A program made the position numbers and the translations under genes. This document shows, piece after piece, positions 34,800-51,308 of a DNA stretch of 64,000 bases. The stretch lies in assembly GCF_009914755.1 (NCBI RefSeq), contig NC_060939.1; one strand, written 5' to 3'. This DNA comes from the human T2T-CHM13v2.0 reference genome, Homo sapiens. Numbering within the stretch: the first letter of the stretch is position 1; every line of letters starts with the position of its first letter. Under the pieces are notes generated by a model, which had not been told where the DNA came from, searched no databases, and saw only the letters and a program-made list of their open reading frames with translations.

Positions 34800-35499
34800 T
34801 CCTCATGTGTTTTTAAACCTACTTTATACGTTACGTCTAATACTTATGACATTATTGCTATTTGTGTGCCTGTCTCACTAAGCTGTGATCTTCTTGGGGA
34901 AAGGTGGCATATCTTGTTTATCTTTGTATTTCTGTTTGCTAGAACTATGCCTGGCAAATAGTAGGTATATAACAAATATTTATTGGCCTGAAAGATGTGA
35001 TTGGTGGTAATACCTCCTAAGGAGAAACACAGTCAGTGAAGTACATTACTGTTTCCTGAATGCGTATTATCTTTCTAAGGAAGATCTGTAGAATCCTCTG
35101 CAAGGAGAAAGGGATTGAGTAAAAATTGCATTTTGGGTGAATATTTAGAAGTGAGGTGGTATAAAAAATAAGGGTTGAGAGAAGAACGGTCTGAGGGTAT
35201 AAAGAATGAATACGTAGAACAAAAAGGAAATGGGACTAGAAATAGAATGGAAAACAAAGCAAGGAGAAAAATAGAGAGAGTGATCATGTGGCCAGGATTT
35301 TAGAATCGCACTTAGTTTAATTGCAGGGGAGTTACTGGACAATGCTTTCTCACATAGACGTTCCAAACTCTCGTTCCTGAATGAATCCCATTTTGTATTC
35401 TTCACATCACTCTCTCCCTGAAAAGACACAAGTATGCTTCTTACAACTGCCTTACAATTAGTGCATTGTTCTCCCCTGTTTTTCTATGGAGAGCCAGGG

Positions 35500-35750
35500 A
35501 AGGCAGAGTAGTATAAGGGAAAAGCACCCACTATGCTGGGAATCAGAAGGCGGGGCTCACGCATCCCAGCTCTGTGACCTCGAGCAAGGCACTAGGCCAC
35601 TTTCACCTCAGAATTGTCATCTATAAAATGGGAATGATAATATCGTCACGGGCTTCCTCACAGGATTGTTGTAAAGATCAAAATAAGTGAAATATGTGAA
35701 AACACTTTGTAAGCTGTCAGGTTGCTCTGCAAATGAAGGGAATATTACCT
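35500..35750 (+). mobile_element. MIR
   Basis: tgtgacctcgagcaag...catctataaaatgggaatgataat core. Confidence 0.8.
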
Positions 35751-35940
35751 TTTTGTTGAATTATTCATTCAATACAGTAGGCTCCATTGGAGGCATACTT
35801 CTGTCTCCTGTTAATAAGTCCTGTTTACAGAACGGAGATTCTTTTTTATTGTGTTTCTTTTTTATTAACAGTATTCTGAAGTCTCAGGAAACTGGACCAT
35901 TTAAATGTGCATGGCCCATGAGAAAGGCTTATAAGAAGCC

Positions 35941-36066
35941 ATGGCACTCCCCTTTCAAAAAGAGCTGGAGAAATACAAGAACATTGATGAAGATGAGCTT
36001 CTTGGCAAACTCTCAGAAGAGGAACTGAAACAGTTGGAAAATGTTCTAGATGACCTAGATCCTGAG
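35941..36066 (+). CDS. TMOD2: Tropomodulin-2 exon 2 coding part (exon starts 35872), MALPFQKELEKY...DLDPE
   Basis: GCCATGG Kozak; acceptor ttttattaacAG at 35871; donor GAG|GTTAGT; matches recalled TMOD2 protein. Confidence 0.97.
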
Positions 36067-36503
36067 GTTAGTGACATGGAACTGAAGCAGAGTGGTTAAT
36101 GATAGTATGGATAAATGGCATGGCTTGGTCCTTAAACAATGGTAGAAATCCCTTAGCTCGGAATGCACATTTTCTTTTCTTCCTCTGATTGGTTCTGGGT
36201 CACCTGTGTTTACAAATTCATAGAGAACCTCATAGCCACTACAGTGTGATACAGCAAATGTATTTCTCAAAAACCAGCCCAATGTAAATGGGGGGAAATA
36301 TTTTCCATTGGTTGAGAAAGGACTAGTCTTGTTTAGGGGAAAAAGAAGGAAAGAGGAAAAGAGAGCAAATCTTACTGAGTTTTTTCTGAGTCATATATTT
36401 CTCTGGGCACAGAAGCCCTTGAGGTAAACTTTATTAACCCCTAGACATGGAGAGGTAATTTATATAAGATTCCACACTGGTAAGTGTCAGAGATGGTATT
36501 TAA

Positions 36504-36877
<374 letters not shown>

Positions 36878-37760
36878 TGAACTCTTTGATGAACTTATAA
36901 CAAAGAATAGATTAGACTGACTATAATCATGATACCAAGTTCATTTCAATGGAGTTTCTAATGTTTTTATAAGTTCTTGAAAAGCTAAGTCGCTTGTTAT
37001 ATTGTTTGATTAGCAAGCACTTTCTTCAGACCTGCTGGTATGATCTTAAACTTAGAATTAGCAGTACTTTTATAAAAAAAGATATGCTGGAAATTGCTCC
37101 GTGTAATTTTTTAAATAAAAAGTCAATTACGGTTAAAAAAAAAAATCGGAGCCATCCAAAATAGTGATTTTACCATAAATAAAAATATAACTAAAACAAA
37201 ATTATGTATATGGTATTCTGATATGTCAGATACTTTGGATATGGTATTTACTTTTAAAAATACAGATATTCTGTTGTTGTTTTTTTAAATTAAGGAAGGA
37301 ATCTGAAAGCTTTATCAAGCAGGCATTAACATCATCATAGTGTTTACTTATCAGCTTTACTGCTTCTGCAGGAGAGGGGTTCCCCATGTCAGCTCCTTGT
37401 TAGAGTCTCATGTTTCTGCCTGGGAGCACCTTGGGTGCAGCCCTAGCCAAACCTAAGCATGATCTACAGGGAAAGAGGTCTTTTGCCTCCATGTTTTAGG
37501 AGGCAGCTTCAGAAACTCAGAGGCTGCTCTAGCCATCTATGCGCTGCTTGAGCTCATTGGGAGCCCCCTCTCAGCACTGAACATTATAACAAATAGGGCC
37601 TCAGAGGCGTCCCAGAGCCCCCAGCCCTCAGCTCACACGCACATTCTGCGTAGGTATCCTTCCTGCTTCCCCAGCACATAGTGAGTGGGGGTGGAAGAGG
37701 AAGTAGCAAAGTACAGGCCGGCAGACATCTTCCTTCCTGCTCACACCTCTTTCTTGTCAG

Positions 37761-37917
37761 AGTGCCATGCTGCCAGCTGGATTTCGACAGAAAGACCAGA
37801 CACAGAAGGCAGCCACCGGCCCCTTTGACCGCGAGCACCTCCTCATGTACCTGGAGAAGGAGGCTTTGGAACAGAAAGACAGAGAGGACTTTGTGCCCTT
37901 CACTGGAGAAAAGAAAG
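37761..37917 (+). CDS. TMOD2: TMOD2 exon 3, SAMLPAGFRQKDQT...FTGEKK(G)
   Basis: ttcttgtcAG acceptor, AAG|GTAAGG donor, tropomodulin LPAG-RQKDQT-K-TGPFDRE motif. Confidence 0.97.
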
Positions 37918-38006
37918 GTAAGGACCACAGGCAGAGCATCTTGGAACAGAGGTTCTCTCTTTTTTTTTTTTTGGAACGGAGGCACTCTTAATTAAGATTA
38001 CCTCTT

Positions 38007-38392
38007 TTTATTTTATTGTCGTGGAGGATCAAGCAAGGGAACTGTCCCAGACATGGGAAATAAGCCCATGAATTGGATTCAGTATTTATTTTATTGTCGT
38101 AGAGGGTCGAGCAAGGGAACTGTCCGGGAAATGGGAAATAAGCCCATGAACTGGATTCAGTATTTATTTTATTGTCGTGGAGGGTCAAGCAAGGGAACTG
38201 TCTGGGAAATGGGAAATAAGCCCATGAACTAGATTCAGTATTTATTTTATTGTTGTGGAGGGTCAAGCAAGGGAACTGTCCCGGAAATGGGAAATAAGCC
38301 CATGAACTGGATTCAGTATTTATTTTATTGTCGTGGAGGGTCAAGCAAGGGAACTGTCCCGGAAATGGGAAATAAGCCCATGAACTGGATTC
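38007..38392. repeat. Minisatellite/VNTR, ~5 copies of a 78-bp unit
   Basis: Anchor ttttattgt(c/t)gt recurs at 38011, 38089, 38167, 38245, 38323; units nearly identical. Confidence 0.97.
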
Positions 38393-39248
38393 GGTGTTAA
38401 AAAGAATCATGGCTGCTAGCTAGACACATGTCATTCTACATTGGGCCAAACCCATAAGATGTGTAACACCAAGAGTGAACCCTAATGGAAACTGTGGACA
38501 TTGGGTGATAATGATGTGTCCATGATGGTTCATCAGTTGTAGTATAAGTATCGCTATGGTATAGGATGCCATTAGTCAGGGGAGGATGAGTTGGGGAGAG
38601 TACATTGAAAGAAAAAAGAAACACGATCAAATATGTAGGCTAACTGCTTATGGTGTGATGGTTCTCAAATTAGTTTAGTGAAAACATCTCGAACCCCAAA
38701 GAAAGTTTTGAAAATGTGAGGTGGTGTCATGCCTGAGAGTTTCCTAGGCACTGGTGTATTTCTCTTAGCCTGGTGCTTTACCAACTTCAGAAGTCCCTCA
38801 AGGCCTTCTGCTCCATGTCCAGGATGGCTCTAGCACTGCATCCCTAACCTTAGAGGCTACCATTAAAGTCTAGTGCAGTCATTCATGCATCCATCATCTA
38901 CTGAGTGCCTCCTCTGTGCAGAGGCTTGTGGCCAGATGCTAGAACCACAGGCAAATAAGACCCTGCCCTGCCCTCAAGGAGCTTGTAGTGAGAGAAACAG
39001 GATGACAGAGCTAGGAAGGCTGTGAGAAGCAAGGAGTTGTTTTTCCATGCCAGGATTGAGCTCTGAGCCAAGAATAGGAAACCCTCCTCCTTAGCTCCCG
39101 ACCCTGTGCTCCCCTTGGGAGGAAGAGTGACTATCAATAGCCTGTCCAGCTTCCCCAGCTATAGACAGTGACTTGAGCTCAAAGATTCTAATGGAATTAT
39201 TGATAACCTCACAGCAACTACAATCTTTTTATAATACAAATCAGATCA

Positions 39249-39552
<304 letters not shown>

Positions 39553-40156
39553 AAATCTTGGCATTTCCCTTCTTAAAGTCTCAAATCCTTACTGTGGTCT
39601 TTAAAGTAGATATAGCCTCCATCCAGCTCTCTACCTGCATCTGGCCTTCCCTTGCTAATCCTCAGCCCCCACTGTCTTCATTCACTCCCCTGAACCTGCT
39701 GAGTTCTTTTCCTCTCTCAGGCTGGTCTTCTCATGTACTCTTCCTTCTGACGCATGTCCCCATTTTTCACATCCTAAGGGTCTCAGCTTAAATTTCAGGG
39801 CCTCGGGCTTTCTCTGACCTCTCTTCTCTCTATCATGACAGCTGCTTATTGCTTTCACAGCACTGTAACAATGTTCATCACTTTACTTACTTTGGTTTTT
39901 GCATGTTTTCATGTGATAGGGTCTTTTTTTTATCCTGGCACAGCAACTGGCATGGGAGGCACTTGATAAACATGGGTTCAAGTGAATGGCATCTCAGAAA
40001 TCTGTACTGCAGCAGTAGGAGCAGGAGCATCCAGCTCCTAGTTGGCATGAGGCAGAGTGCTACTGCCTTGTCTCACATAATGCCGAGGCTGCCCTCTGTA
40101 TTGTGCACATTCAGTGGATCACGCATCATTGAGAATGTCATTAAGAAAGTAAAATT

Positions 40157-40330
40157 GGGCCACATGCAATGGCTCACACCTGTAATCCCAGCACTTTGGG
40201 AGGCTGAGGTGGAAGGATCCCATGAACCCAGGAGTTCAGGATTGCCATGAGCTATGATCCTGCCACTGCACTCCAGCCTGGGTGATAAAGTGGATCCTGT
40301 CTCCAAAAAAATAATAAATAAATAAATAAT
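40157..40330 (+). mobile_element. Alu monomer (FAM/FRAM-like); a similar one at 41028-41190
   Basis: Single-arm Alu with A-rich tail. Confidence 0.75.
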
Positions 40331-41022
40331 AGTGAACAGTGACAAACCAGGCAAATAATCAAGGATTGCTGTGAAAATATGGATCTGTTTCTATAGCAAC
40401 ATAGTTGCTATTGGACTAATTTAATTGTGAAAAAAATTATAATGTCAAATCTTCAATGAAGTCCCAATTAACATCAAGTAGTGACAGCATAATAAGTTGA
40501 AAGCTGTTATCTTTTGTTCTTAGTGTAGAGGTCTGAGGAGTGGCTATGGTAAATTATCTCATGATCAAGATTAATCTCCAGATGGTTGGTGGGGGAGTTA
40601 GGAACGTAGGAGCTGTCTGAGTAATAGTGATATAAAAGGGGTATACAGTTGCATAGTGTAGCTTAGGAGAAGGTTGAGAAGTAGCACAACTGAATAAAGT
40701 GAGCAGGGAGCAAGTTTTCTAATCAGAGCAGCAGAGCAGAGTGAAGAGTATGCAGGGGCCCCAGAAGGACCAGTGAACCATCCAGGAGCAGCGGGAGGCT
40801 GCTATGAGGTCCTCAAGAGAGGCTGCACAACCACAGTTCTGAACACTATGTGCTGGCACACCTCAGGTTCCTGGGCTACATTTTACTCTGGTGCAGAGTT
40901 TTGCTTAGAACTTGTTATTTGGTTGGACCTCCAGGAATGGATCTGCATCAGCAGTTCTCCTGAATACCAATAGTTGTGTACTTCGTGTTTAGTACCAGGA
41001 AAGAGGAACTTAGAAAATCCTA

Positions 41023-41163
<141 letters not shown>

Positions 41164-43211
41164 TTAAAAACAAAGAAAGAAAGAAAGAAATCTTATTTTG
41201 ACTCTAGACCTAAGATCATCTTGGCCAGAAAGAAAATGTTTCAGGCCATAGACGCTAGGAATGTTAAGTCTGAGATGAGCCCCAGTATTTGAGATGTTAT
41301 TGATTAGTTGATTTCTTTTTCCATTTTCTATCTTCTGGCCATCCTCCTAATTTGTTTCCCAGTGTATTTTCCTTCTTTCTGAGAAATGTGGCAGCTAAAG
41401 TGATTCCAAGGCAGGAAGTAGGATGCATGTCAGTGATAATGACCTTGTTGCCAGGATGCCCCAGACTGACGACAAGCAGTGCCTTTCTTTCCTGTGTTTG
41501 GAGTGCCCAGCTCTGACACACTCCTGTTTGCTTATCCAGCCATTTAACAATATGGTAAAACAGGAAATACACAGACCTTGTAATCAGGGAAGTCTCCTGG
41601 AGAGTTCTCATGCAGGAGGGTTATTGACTTTGGGTTGGACCCTTTCCTTTCCCATAGGAGTGGGATAAACCAGGCTAGCGAAGGAGACCTGGAGAGAACT
41701 TGGGTCCCAATGGGCGGAAACTGGAGTGAGATGAGCCTTTAGGGAACTCTACAGATCAAAATGGAAGAGAACAATTTCAAAGACTGTGCCCCAAAAGTCA
41801 GAGCAGCTTCAAAAAAGAGAGAAACAAAGAGTCAAAAGCTGGGAATAATTAGAAAGGAATATGAATGCTCTGGGGTGTTTTGATCATGGCTCTAGAATGT
41901 CCCTGGTGCACGTGTGGGATGTGGATGTGTTGGCCTGGCTCGAAGTTAGGAGCAGGAACTGTGCCATCCTCCTGGGTATAGCAATGTTATTTCATCAGTC
42001 CAGAAGTTTGAGCTGGGAGTTAGGGAATAGATATCAGCATTTTCAGAAGTGAGCAGGGGACAAAATAAATGGAATCTTGCTGATAGGATGAAATGGGAGA
42101 TGGTGGCAGAGGATGCATCTGTGGGAAGCACAGAATGCCTTGCTGCTCACAGAACCCCACTAGCTCCGAGTATAGTGACCCTGATTTTTCCTTACAATCA
42201 TGCCTGCTTTGGAGACTCTAGAGAGGTGGCTATGTCCCCAGGTCACTACACTAGCCCACCTGGCCCCAGATATGGCATGCTAGTTGTCTACATTCCCAAT
42301 TTAGAGGGAGCGCTCCAGGGGATCACCAGTTTGTTACTCAGGAACCCCTAGTGCTGTTTAGATGAACCTGCTCCTAATATTTGCAGGGTCCAAGGCAAGT
42401 ATACAAATAGAAGCCCACATGCCACATTTTCCAAATATTTAAAAGCTAACAAATCATTAAAATATGTTGTATCCTCCTTTAGATATACCTAGGAGGCCAG
42501 TATTCTTGGACTTCCAAGAGTTCCATGTAGGGATATTGATCTGTCCCACACTGCCAGGGCCTCAAACACACATGTTGGACACCCAAGCCCACATATCCAA
42601 GCTTCATCCAGGCTCCCCCACAAATAGCCTCCCCTTGACCTGAGGGTACACACCCAGCAGCATGACCTGCCTTCTGGAGGATAGACATGGGAAGGGGCTT
42701 GTGGAGGCTCTAGAGGCAGGCTCAGGGCTCTTTGGGCAAGGCATTCCAGGGTCCTAGGTACCTGAAGTGTGGTCTAGAAAGTGGCCTATATGCTGGATGG
42801 GCATATCCCTTTGGCCTCATGGTTCCTACCCTGGAGGGGAGAGGTACAGCCACAGGAAGACTAGTATGGGGTTCTCTAAAGTGCACGACTCAGGGCAGGG
42901 CCTCTCCTGCCCAGACCCAAGGGCAGTACTGCCAATAAGAGGGGTAGAAGCCACCATTTCCCTCTGTGTTTAAGGACTGTAGTCTCAGATCTCTGTGTGG
43001 CAGAATGCAGGATTCCTCCTCCAGTGTTCCTTCCCTCTGACAGTGACTTATTGATGTTGGTACCATCCTGGCAATCCAGGAATCTCGGTTGGATATGAAC
43101 TGGCTTAATTATATGGGTCTCAATGGCCAGAACTGCATTCTCTGCTCAGTCTACTTACCCTACCAATAAGGCAGTAGTACTCAATATTTTTGTTTTTCTT
43201 CTGATTTAAAG

Positions 43212-43334
43212 GGAGAGTCTTTATCCCTAAAGAAAAGCCTATAGAAACTCGTAAAGAAGAAAAAGTGACCCTTGACCCAGAACTGGAAGAAGCTTTGGCC
43301 AGTGCCTCTGACACCGAACTCTATGATCTTGCAG
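43212..43334 (+). CDS. TMOD2: TMOD2 exon 4, (G)RVFIPKEKP...TELYDLA(A)
   Basis: tttaaAG acceptor, CAG|GTTAGT donor, 123 nt, phase 1/1 continues frame. Confidence 0.96.
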
Positions 43335-44941
43335 GTTAGTCCTGAACTCTGGGAACTTTCCTGTCTGGCTCTATGACCTCCGAGCATGCACTGGCACCCA
43401 TGGCAGCAGGCTTTGAGCTTCTCTTAGGTAGGAGAATGACAGGTTGACACAAGGCATTATGGAGCTGTAAGTCTTGATGCAGGTGACTTAACCTCTCTGA
43501 GCAAATGTTATTTTGCTCTATTTCAGCAGCAAATAATACCCATCTCACAAAACTCAAGAGTTACTGTGAGAAATTAAAGCAAACAAGTATGAAGGAGTGT
43601 TGAGAATTTAAAGAATAAAACAACAGCTCTTTTGCTTTCTAAGGAGCTTTCACATTTGGCATTTTATCATCACAACATTTCTATAAAGTTCTTGTTCTTC
43701 CCACAGTCATTGTTCCATTTTGATTCAGAAAACGCTAAGAAGTCCATTAGCCTTCTAGTCTTAACAATAGCAACATGATAATAATTATTATTATTTAAAA
43801 TGCAGATAGAAAAAGGTCAAAGAGTACAAAAGAATGTGTAATGAAAAGTAAGTCTCTCGACCTGAATTACCTAGGCCCACTCCCATGTCTTGTACAGCCT
43901 TCAAGAAAGATTTTCTGCATCTACCAGTAGATTTATACATTAGATCTTCCTTCTACATACACAGGGTTATTAGATGACCACAGGATAGAGGTGCTTTAAA
44001 AACCAGTCCACAGCTTTAGCAAGAATTTTTATTCCATTGGAAGACATAGAATAATAACCTCTTTCCTCCCAGGAGAACCAGCCTTATTCTAAAATGTACC
44101 AGCCACCCCAACTGCATTTTCATTCCTTCTGTGATGATGTCAGGAAGTTCCCATGTTTGTGAACTTAATATTGACCATATTGACCACTGCAGGAGTTGAG
44201 GCGATGGCGTCACCTGGTAAAGAAGGTGTTTTGCACCCACTGGTCTTAGCCCTGGGGTTGCTGTGGAGGGATCCTGTTATGGCTACTGCTCCTCCCAGGG
44301 GTTGCCTCATGGTCTCTACCAGAATTGCCCAGAGGGAGAATGCAGGGCTGAACTTGAATTCCCAGGTAATGCCTTGAGAAAGGAAAAAGAGAAAAACACC
44401 AATTATTTGGAAGATACTAGATCCTGAAATTCATACAGTAAAACCAGAGAGAGAATCCAAATAGAAAACTGTCCTCGTTCATCCTTACTCAGCTTCCCTC
44501 CCTCGTCCTGTGTTCCCTAGGAATTCAGAAGGAAGCCTGGCTGGGGCTGTTGGCAGCATCTTTAGGGTGGGCCTTTCTGGAAGATTGAAGGCAGCCCCAT
44601 GGGCAGATGAGCTGGCAGCCATTGAGTTTTAGATAAGAAAGAGTGTCGGCATATTGCCCATGTTATTGTGGCAGATAGAGAGCAGACAGAAAGTTCTTCA
44701 AGGGAGTGGTAGTTGACCTGCAAAACAGCACCTCTTACACTGGCTGGGTGTCAGTGTGGTCACCATCCAGAGTCTAGTTCCCAGCCCTAAACTGTGGGAG
44801 CTCTGGACTGGAAATTTGATCTTATCAGTATATATAGAAGCAGTCAGATTGGAGCAAAGTGGTGGGAACTGATCCATTAGCCCATTTCACAGATAACAGA
44901 TAAAAATGAAAACCTGGCAATGGGAGCCAAATTATAATTAG

Positions 44942-45377
<436 letters not shown>

Positions 45378-46433
45378 CACAGTGGCAAATTCTTATTTAT
45401 TTAACAAGAATTTGTAAAGCATTTAGAATAGTGCCTGACACATAGAAAGTCATTTAATCTTGGTAATAAAGTATAATTATTATCCCTGTTTTACAGATGA
45501 GGAAACGGAGACTCGGGCATTTAACAACTTCCCAAGTCACACAGTTTAACGTGGTCAGAGTCAGGATTCTTCACTGCTCCCAAGTCCCCCTCTTCACCGG
45601 GTCCTTGCTAGCTCTGACCATTTGCCCTTTCTTGTGCTGTGCCAGCTGCCTCCCTCCTTCAATATGTAGCTTACAGTAGAGCTGATAAGCATCTCAGAGG
45701 CACTCCTCTGCCACCTGTCAACAGATTATTATCCCTTCTGGGATCCTTCTTCAGGTGGCCAGTATCACCTGGAATTTCATTAGCAAAGGGAAATCTGCGT
45801 AGCAGTTGCAGGTTCAGTCAGCCCCGCATTCATTCTTCCCCAGTGTTGTTTCCTGCATTCTGTGCTGCCTCCTGGTGCAAGTTCTGTGTAATACAGGAAG
45901 CCGAAAATCAGTACGCTTAGCTGACCTTTTCTTTGCTGATGTTGCTTTTTTTTCCCCACCCTGGCATGCTCTAGAGACAATTATATTTGGTACTAAGAGA
46001 TGAGGAGGCTGACATTGAAAGAGGCCTCTGGAAAAATATATGCAGTAATCTATATAATGTTAGATCTTAAAAACCCTTAGTCTCAGTCCCACCTTCTCAT
46101 TTTACAGATGAGAAAACTGAAAGGTTTTCCTATTTAACTAGGAGGTCTAGGCAGATTTTCGGTAAATTGTGGCCATAACTAGCCACTGTTCCTCAGATCC
46201 TAAATGATTCTACATGTGGAGACGTAGAAAGACAGGAAGATTTCTGGTGGTCTTGAAAGGAGGTTTTTGTAAGTGTATTTAACGCTATACATGTACCACA
46301 CACTGTGCAAGGAAAGAGGACTCAGGGACTTATCTTTATGATGTAAAGAATTGTTCTTCAAGGGACAAATTAACAATGTGGACATCCTAATGTGCTTCTC
46401 CAAACTTAATGCTCATTTGTTGACTGTTTTTAG

Positions 46434-46520
46434 CTGTCCTTGGAGTACACAATTTGCTCAACAATCCAAAGTTCGATGAAGAAACAGCCAACAATAAAGG
46501 TGGCAAAGGACCTGTCAGAA
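46434..46520 (+). CDS. TMOD2: TMOD2 exon 5, (A)VLGVHNLLNNPKF...GPVR(N)
   Basis: tgtttttAG acceptor, GAA|GTAAGT donor, 87 nt, frame continuous. Confidence 0.96.
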
Positions 46521-47124
46521 GTAAGTTGATGTGCAATCTGTGGTTTTGTAAAGCTTTGGAGCCTCCAGAGTTGCTGGTAGGAGAGAGGCCTGTTGAGTCT
46601 TGCAGGCTTTACACTCTGTCATTTTGCTAGGATCACTTGGGCTTTGAGCAATCAAACCAGAACAGAGCAGCTGACAATGAGAGCTCCATCTGGCGGTGAA
46701 ACTAGTACAAATCAGTGTGTGTTGCCCAGAACACTTTCTTGGTAGGTCTGTTTAGTCAGAAGATGAAATTGTTGATATATGGGTCTGCATTAAATGGTAT
46801 AATCCATATTCATGAAAAAAAATTGCTGATATAAGACTGCTTGGTCATCACAAAATGCAGCGTTTCATGTTCCTGAGGATGTTTTAATCAACTATAGTAG
46901 CTTAAATAAGTTCCCTTCTCTATTTGAGTGTCTTTTTGTCTCAATAATAGATGCTTGTCATTAGAATTTGAATGTCCACTTCCCTCAGAGGGCATGAAAG
47001 ACACGCTGGCATGGACTTACGTGCACAGGACATTCCACACCACTATCTTCTATGTCAACGTTTCCTATAGACGTGTACAATTAATTAGACTTTTTTATTC
47101 ATTCATTCATCAGTCATCCACTAA

Positions 47125-48031
<907 letters not shown>

Positions 48032-48073
48032 GAAAATGGTCCCTGCCCAAGGGAATTTATCTGTCCAGGGTAA

Positions 48074-49485
<1,412 letters not shown>

Positions 49486-50548
49486 TCCTGAATAGATTCT
49501 TTTAACGAATAGACAATAAGTTGTTACGTGATGATGCTATACTTTATTTACCCATTTTCATATTGGTGGACATTTTGTTTATCATGTTTTGCTGTCACAA
49601 GTAATATTTCAGGGAACAGGGAACACCCTTGAATATATATCTTTATGTATCTGTGCTATTTTTGTAGGTAAGACTTCTAGATATAGAATTGCTGGGTCAT
49701 AGAACATGCACATCTTAAATTGCAATAGATAATGCCAAATTACTCTCCCAAAACATTTGCATCAGATCACATTCCCACTTATAGAGGAGTACGAAGATGC
49801 TTTTTTCTCCACATTGTTGCCAACTCCAAATGTTACCTCGTTTCACACTTGTTTGCTAATGAAATGGTATCTCATTTCTTTATTTTGGAGCTTAGTTACT
49901 TTTTGTATTTTTTGGTTGAGTGACAGATTCTTCTGAGCGTATTATTGGTTCATTTTTAATTGGGTCACCTTATTGATTTGTAGGAGCTCTGTGTATATTG
50001 GGATATTAATCCTTTGTATCTCTGTTAACTATTTTTGAGAATTCTTCCATTCTTCTTTTTTATCCCTTTCTCTCCCCATACCTTCCTTAAAACTAAAGCT
50101 CCAGAATAGAACTCAGAGGAGGGTAGGGTATAATCAAGAGGCCAGAGGGGTATTAAAGTTTGGGAAATGAAGACTTATTGTGGTGTCTGATTTGTATCTC
50201 AGATCCTGTAGTCTAGTTAGTATAGTCTGACAGATGTCCATATGGAGCAGCAATAACGGCCCATGGATATTTTGAAAGTTGGAGTTTGCTGCAGGGTCTC
50301 CTGAACTTTGGGTCCATGCAGTGTTAGCCCCAGGGAATTCTCATTGCAGTTGAGAAACACCAGCCTTCCAAGCTGTGACTCATAGCTATACCACTCCCAT
50401 GCTTGCTTAGCTGAGAATACACCTACTGTCATTGCTATTAAAGTGTTATTGGAATCAGCATATGAAAGAAATGTCATTTTTTGGGAAGTCACCACTGATT
50501 TTGATAGGAGAGACTTTGCATTTTTTAAAATGAAAACTTGTGTTTTAG

Positions 50549-50679
50549 ATGTTGTCAAAGGTGAAAAAGTAAAGCCAGTATTTGAGGAACCACCAAATCC
50601 CACAAATGTGGAAATAAGCCTGCAGCAGATGAAAGCCAATGATCCTAGCTTGCAAGAAGTCAACCTCAACAACATTAAG
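50549..50679 (+). CDS. TMOD2: TMOD2 exon 6, (N)VVKGEKVKP...EVNLNNIK (start of LRR domain)
   Basis: tgttttAG acceptor, AAG|GTATTT donor, PPNPTNVE and VNLNNI tropomodulin motifs. Confidence 0.96.
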
Positions 50680-50894
50680 GTATTTCATTGTGATTATCAT
50701 CAGTCAGTTAATTTATCATGAGGTCAGAAAACTTACCAGAGATGACCTATTGCTTGTTTTCACACCTGTTTGCAGTTCTTTGTAGTCACTGAGTTGGAGT
50801 CAAGGTATCCTATTCAAAAGAAGTGGGTTTTGGAAAACAGTGATTTCTATAATTATTTGAAAAGAATCACCATACCTGAGTTAAGCATAGTACA

Positions 50895-51290
50895 TTAGTT
50901 ATATCTATTGCTGAGTAACAAATTACTCCAAAACTTAGAGGCTTCAAACAACAGACATTTATTATTTCACACACAATTTTTCAGTGTCAGGAATCTGGTA
51001 GTGGCTAGCTGGATAGTGTGGCTCAGGGTCTCAAATGAGATGGTAGTGAAGTTGTCATCCAGGGCTGCAGTACCAGGCTTGCCTGGGGCAGGAGGATCCA
51101 GTTCCAAGATGGCAGATTCATGCAGCTGTTGGCAGGAGGCCTCCATTTCTCACCATGTGGCTCCCCAGAGCGAGTGATCCAAGACAGAGAGATGAGAAAG
51201 CAGGAAGCCGCAATACCTGTTACGACCTGGTTTCTGAAGTCACATGTTGTCACTTCCACTTTATTCAATTTGATAATAAGTCATGCCACT
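50895..51290. mobile_element. MLT1-type LTR
   Basis: tctattgctgagtaacaaattactccaaaactta...ccaagatggc motifs. Confidence 0.7.
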
Positions 51291-51308
51291 CTCAAAGGGA
51301 AAGAGTAG

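Noticed and set aside
38007-38392. CRISPR-like array
   Set aside because: Contiguous near-identical units with no unique spacers, in a primate intron; it is a minisatellite
50217-50675. 152-aa antisense ORF over TMOD2 exon 6
   Set aside because: Non-ATG start, antisense shadow of the coding exon extended into intron; no other support
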